Shown here in pieces: positions 60,033 to 64,000 of a stretch of DNA of 64,000 nt; position 1 is the stretch's first letter; every line of letters starts with the position of its first letter. The notes under the pieces were generated by a model. It did not search any database. It saw only the letters and a list, made by a program, of their open reading frames with translations, and had not been told where the DNA came from. A program made the translations under genes and the position numbers. The DNA lies in NCBI RefSeq assembly GCF_036321535.1, contig NC_087437.1, positions 17,982,001 to 18,046,000 on the forward strand, written 5' to 3'. The stretch is from Camelus dromedarius (lineage: Eukaryota).

Positions 60033-61549
60033 CTACTAGTGATGCACAGATTCCTGGACCCTCTCCCAACCTGATTCAGAACATCCAAGGGAGACACTGA
60101 TTTGGAATATTGTGGCAAAGGGGCCATGTGTTCTGTCACAAACATTCCATTTACATACTTTAGGGGACACGTTCTGTAAGTTCAGATCTTACACTTGCGT
60201 GTAACTCTGCACCCACAAGAGTTAGCAGAGGTGAGCCAGGAATGGATGGCTCTTCTGAGAAGCAGGAGGGGAAGGGAAGCTCGCTGAGGAGGAAGGAGTG
60301 GAAGACCCAGGAAACTGGAGACTTGGTGCACCTAGGAGGGGAGCAAAAGCCAGGGCTGCTCATCCCCTAGGCCCACCAAAGGTAATCACATCTTATCAGT
60401 GTGACCGATGCTAGCAGGTACAATTATTGAATACCTCTTGTAAGAACGCGGTAGATTATAATTTCTTTCAGTTTATTCCCAAACAGTGCTTTAAGTCTGA
60501 AATTCTTTCTCCCATTTAGTAGATGAAGAATTTGAGGTTCAGAAAGGGCGGAGTCACTTGCCTGAGGTCAGGCAGCCGGCAAGTCCTGGAGTCAGATTTT
60601 GAACACGAGTCTGTGCCCAAAGCCCTCTCCACTGCACATGTCATTCTAGGGACGCTCACGTTTATGCAAGGTACTGGAGCACAGCTGCGGTTCTGGGAGA
60701 CACCCAGCCACCTCCCTCCACAACTGCAGCTTCAGACTCCCTTCTTTAAGACATCTGTTCCCAGCACCCTCCCAGCGGGGCCTCTCTGCCCCATCAGACC
60801 ACGCCCCAGGGCATCATCTGTGCAGACAAAGCGGGCTCTGACTCACCTGCTGGCTTGTTCCCCAAGGCATGTGCCCTGCACAGTGGGGCCCCTGGAGAGG
60901 GCCTGACCACCCACTACATTAGGCCCATTAGCCTCCTTTAGCTGCAGCAGGACTAGTCATGTGTTTATTCTCGTTGCACTTTTCTTTCCTTTGATCTTCC
61001 AGAACAGCCACTTCAGTGTGGTTTTCTACCTAGATGTGATGAAATTCCAAGCATGTTCTCAGCTCCATCCCAGGTTCCAAAGTGTATCCGTTTAAAGACG
61101 TTCTCTCCATCCGAGGAAATGATACTGGTCTGAGTCAGGCTGGAGAGTCAGAGGTCCCAGACTCTCTGTGGGTAAGACATCAGAATTTCAAACTCTTAAT
61201 CCTGTTGATTCCTCGTCCTTTTGATCTCTTCAGCATTTGTCAGGAGAGTTGAGTTTGTGTAATTTGGAGGGGTGGCTGATTGGCTCTGGTTTTATTATGA
61301 CGTATTTGTGTCATTTAATCAGAAGAGCAGCTGACTGACCACTTAAGGACATCCTTGCAACTTCCACTGTTCCAAAGCCCAGGCAATTTATCTGGATTTT
61401 AGGAAAGTGACTGAATCAGATCATCAGCCTGGGATGGATTTTGTTTTGCCTTTAAGCAGGCGCTAGCCATCCTTTGTAGAGTCAGCCAGTGAATAGAATA
61501 ACCAAGAAACACACGGCTCTTTTCAAGGACAGGAAAGGGGGAAAAAGTA

Positions 61550-61760
61550 CTATTTCCTGAGTGTTTACGTTGTGCCAGGCACTTAACTCACTTAATCCTC
61601 TCAATAGCTTTAGGTCGTAGATCTCATTATCCCCATTTTACAGATTAGACACTCTAGCTTCCAAGGTTAGGAAGCATGCCCCAAGTTCAAACAGCCAGAA
61701 AATGACAAGCCTGGGATAAGAACTCAAATCTGTCTGATTTGAAAGTCATTGTGTTTTCAC
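61550..61760 (-). mobile_element. MIR SINE
   Basis: tgtgccaggcact...cttaatcctctcaa...attatccccattttacagat. Confidence 0.8.
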
Positions 61761-61840
61761 TCTGTGGAGGTTGGAGAACTTCTTAATGCAGCCCAAAACG
61801 TAAGAAAACTTGTCTGATTTTGTTTTATTGTTTCTGTGTC

Positions 61841-61841
61841 T

Positions 61842-61880
<39 letters not shown>

Positions 61881-61950
61881 TTTGGAGGGAGAGGTAATTA
61901 GGTTTATTTAGTTATTTGTTTTTTAATGGAGGTACTGGGGATTGAACCTG
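61841..61950 (-). mobile_element. 5'-truncated Vic-1-like SINE with (TAAA)n tail
   Basis: (TTTA)n 61841-61883, then ggagggagaggtaattagg...aatggaggtactggggattgaacc; the copy stops at the B box. Confidence 0.85.
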
Positions 61951-61962
61951 AGGAGAGGAGGA

Positions 61963-62077
61963 GGGAGGGTATAGCTCAGTGGTAGAGTATGCCCTTAGCA
62001 TGCATGAGGTCCTGGGTTCAATTCTCAGTACCTGCATTAAAAAAATAAGTACCTCCCCCACAAGAAAAAAAAAAAAA
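61963..62077 (+). mobile_element. Full-length Vic-1-like tRNA-derived SINE
   Basis: gggagggtatagctcagtggtagag (A box), ggttcaattc (B box), tail and poly-A. Confidence 0.9.
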
Positions 62078-62079
62078 GA

Positions 62080-63990
62080 TGAGAGGCAGCCTGAGGGAAG
62101 ATATTGACAAGATATATAACAGTCAAGATTAGTATTGAGAATATATTTTAGAAACTACAAATCAATACACCAAGACAGACAACTCAGTAAATATTGGGCA
62201 AAGATTATAGAACAAGAAGTTCACAGAAGAGAAACTTGCAACCGCACCCCAGAATAAACAAACGAATGAAAACATGTTCAACCTCACAGGGAAATAACAA
62301 CAAAAATAAGACACTTGGCCAAAATTAAGTAATATTTCATTATTAAGTATGAGTGAGAATATGACCCAATGGAAACTACTGGTATTTATGTAAATTTGTC
62401 CGGCTAGTATGGAACTCGCTTTGGTAATATCAGGTTAAAATAGACGATGTGCACAACCACTCAGAAACCCACTTGCAGACAATATCCTGGAGCACCTTTC
62501 AGGCAAATGCAGGACCAGCTCTGTGGGCACGTGTAATCTCACAGTGCTCTGTCCTCAGGAGGGCCCAGTGCTTGATTTAATGTTCTGCTCTCACCATCTT
62601 GAAATTGCTCATTAGTTTTGAACCTGTGGTTTTAAGTGAAGTTCGATGGGACAGTGAAGCATGTCCGGAGCAGAGGAGTCGGGCATAATATGCGCGCCTC
62701 CCCATTCCTTGTGCCCCATTCACATCTAGGGTCCAGGATGCCCCCTGAGCCCAGCATTCTGGTGGACCCATGATGGGGAGGTCAGCGGGGCTGAGCGGGA
62801 ACAAGGTAAGCACATGACTTCTACAACTGAGTGATCGAGTAATTAAATAAGTGGGGTGCTGTGAGCCCCAAGATGTCACACTTCCCATCTTAACCAGGAC
62901 TTAATTCGAATGCAGAAAGGAGGTGTGGGCAACCGAAGATCTCTGTCTTATCCTTTTTTATTCACATTATTTCCCTGCATTAACCAACCACTTCTGCTGA
63001 AAATGATGACGACACAAGAGGAAAGGGAAGGACAGAGCACCTCAGATCTGTCGCCCCTCGGTTCTTCCTTACTTACCAGTAAGTTGAAGGCGGAGCGTGG
63101 GTAGGAGGTGCCTGAGTCAAGAAGTGAAATAAAAAGAGTTCAATTACTTTTGTGCAGTGTTTCCACTGTCTCTGGTAAGAATGAAATGCATCTGCATGTA
63201 AGAGCTACAAGATGAAAGCAATATGATTTCAGTGATTCCCTATTAAATACACTTATATTTGCATTTAAAACTGGCATACTGGCATTGCATAGTAAACCAT
63301 ATACCGGTAAAAGGTAAAATTCCTGATAATAATTTACATTTCTCATTATTCTTAGAACACTACGAGGATGGCAAATAAAAAACACTGTGACGAGTTGAGA
63401 GAAGCCATGGAAGAAAAGAAAAAGCTTTATAGTTTAGTTCCTTAACAGCACTTTTCCCCCTGTGTTTTGAATAGGGGGCAGGAGCCAGCCCCACACCTTC
63501 ATTTTGCACTAGGCCAGCACATTATGTGGCCAGTCCTGTGTAGTTGCTCATGGAAACATAAGTAAGAATATCCATTTAAACAGAGTTGTAAAGGCGAAAA
63601 AAAAATGGAAATAATTCAGTGTGCAGGAATAAGTAATGGGATAGATTATGGCAAAATCCATGGAGTGAAATAAATGCACTGACCAAGGCCACAAGTACAT
63701 GGTGGAGGTCAAAAACAAGGCTGAGAAAAAATTAAAACTGGAGGGCATTACACAAGCCATGAGAGCACACGCAATCTATATAACTTTATAAAGCATTCAC
63801 AACATTCACTATTTATGGGTACACTGCTGTGTATGCTAAAGTATAGAAACGTGGTTTAGGCACACACCAAGTTCACGACAGTGACTTTATTCAGAGGGGG
63901 GAGAGAGAGAAGAGGGCCAGGAAGAGGAAACTGGAGGACTGTATTTTAAATCCTTTCTTCCCTAAAAATAATAACAAGATGTTGTTTATT
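62080..63990 (+). mobile_element. Ancient L1ME-type 3' region interrupted by MER45
   Basis: tgggcaaagattatagaacaagaagttcacagaagagaaa...atgaaaacatgttcaacctcac; the L1 resumes after 63545. Confidence 0.7.
62510..63538 (+). mobile_element. Apparently full-length MER45B-like hAT-Tip100 non-autonomous transposon
   Basis: Termini caggaccagct...ggccagtcctg (imperfect TIR). The ends match recalled MER45 text (gggcccagtgcttgatttaatgttctgc...ccatcttgaaatt; ttcattttgcactaggcc); length about 1.03 kb. Confidence 0.8.
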
Positions 63991-64000
63991 AAACTGAATG

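Noticed and set aside
61963..62035. tRNA-Ala gene
   Set aside because: The cloverleaf stems are degenerate, it has a SINE tail and poly-A, and related copies occur at 57.5 and 61.9 kb. It is a SINE.

Overview
Mammalian genomic DNA centred on the single-exon SoxB2 gene SOX14 (CDS 39732-40454, + strand, 240 aa). tRNA-Ala-derived SINEs resembling camelid Vic-1 suggest alpaca, llama or camel (inference). The gene lies in a roughly 12-kb, almost transposon-free CpG-rich domain (about 35.2-47.2 kb). The flanks are gene-poor and full of old repeats: L1, L2, MIR, MaLR/ERVL/ERV1 LTR remnants, and hAT fossils (MER3, MER5, MER53, MER45). No other protein-coding gene is supportable; the remaining ORFs are chance, GC-rich or L1-derived. 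I see no convincing novel biological system. The best leads are candidate SOX14 cis-regulatory modules: a BREu+TATA core promoter 3' of the gene, a GATA/E-box/homeodomain module, an E-box cluster, an upstream promoter-like cluster with a splice donor, a uORF and a non-canonical RE1. There are also several structural oddities: a head-to-head SINE fusion hairpin, a 55-bp tandem duplication, a 44-bp dispersed repeat and an L1 micro-insertion. Repeat names and boundaries were assigned by eye from recalled consensus sequences and are approximate.
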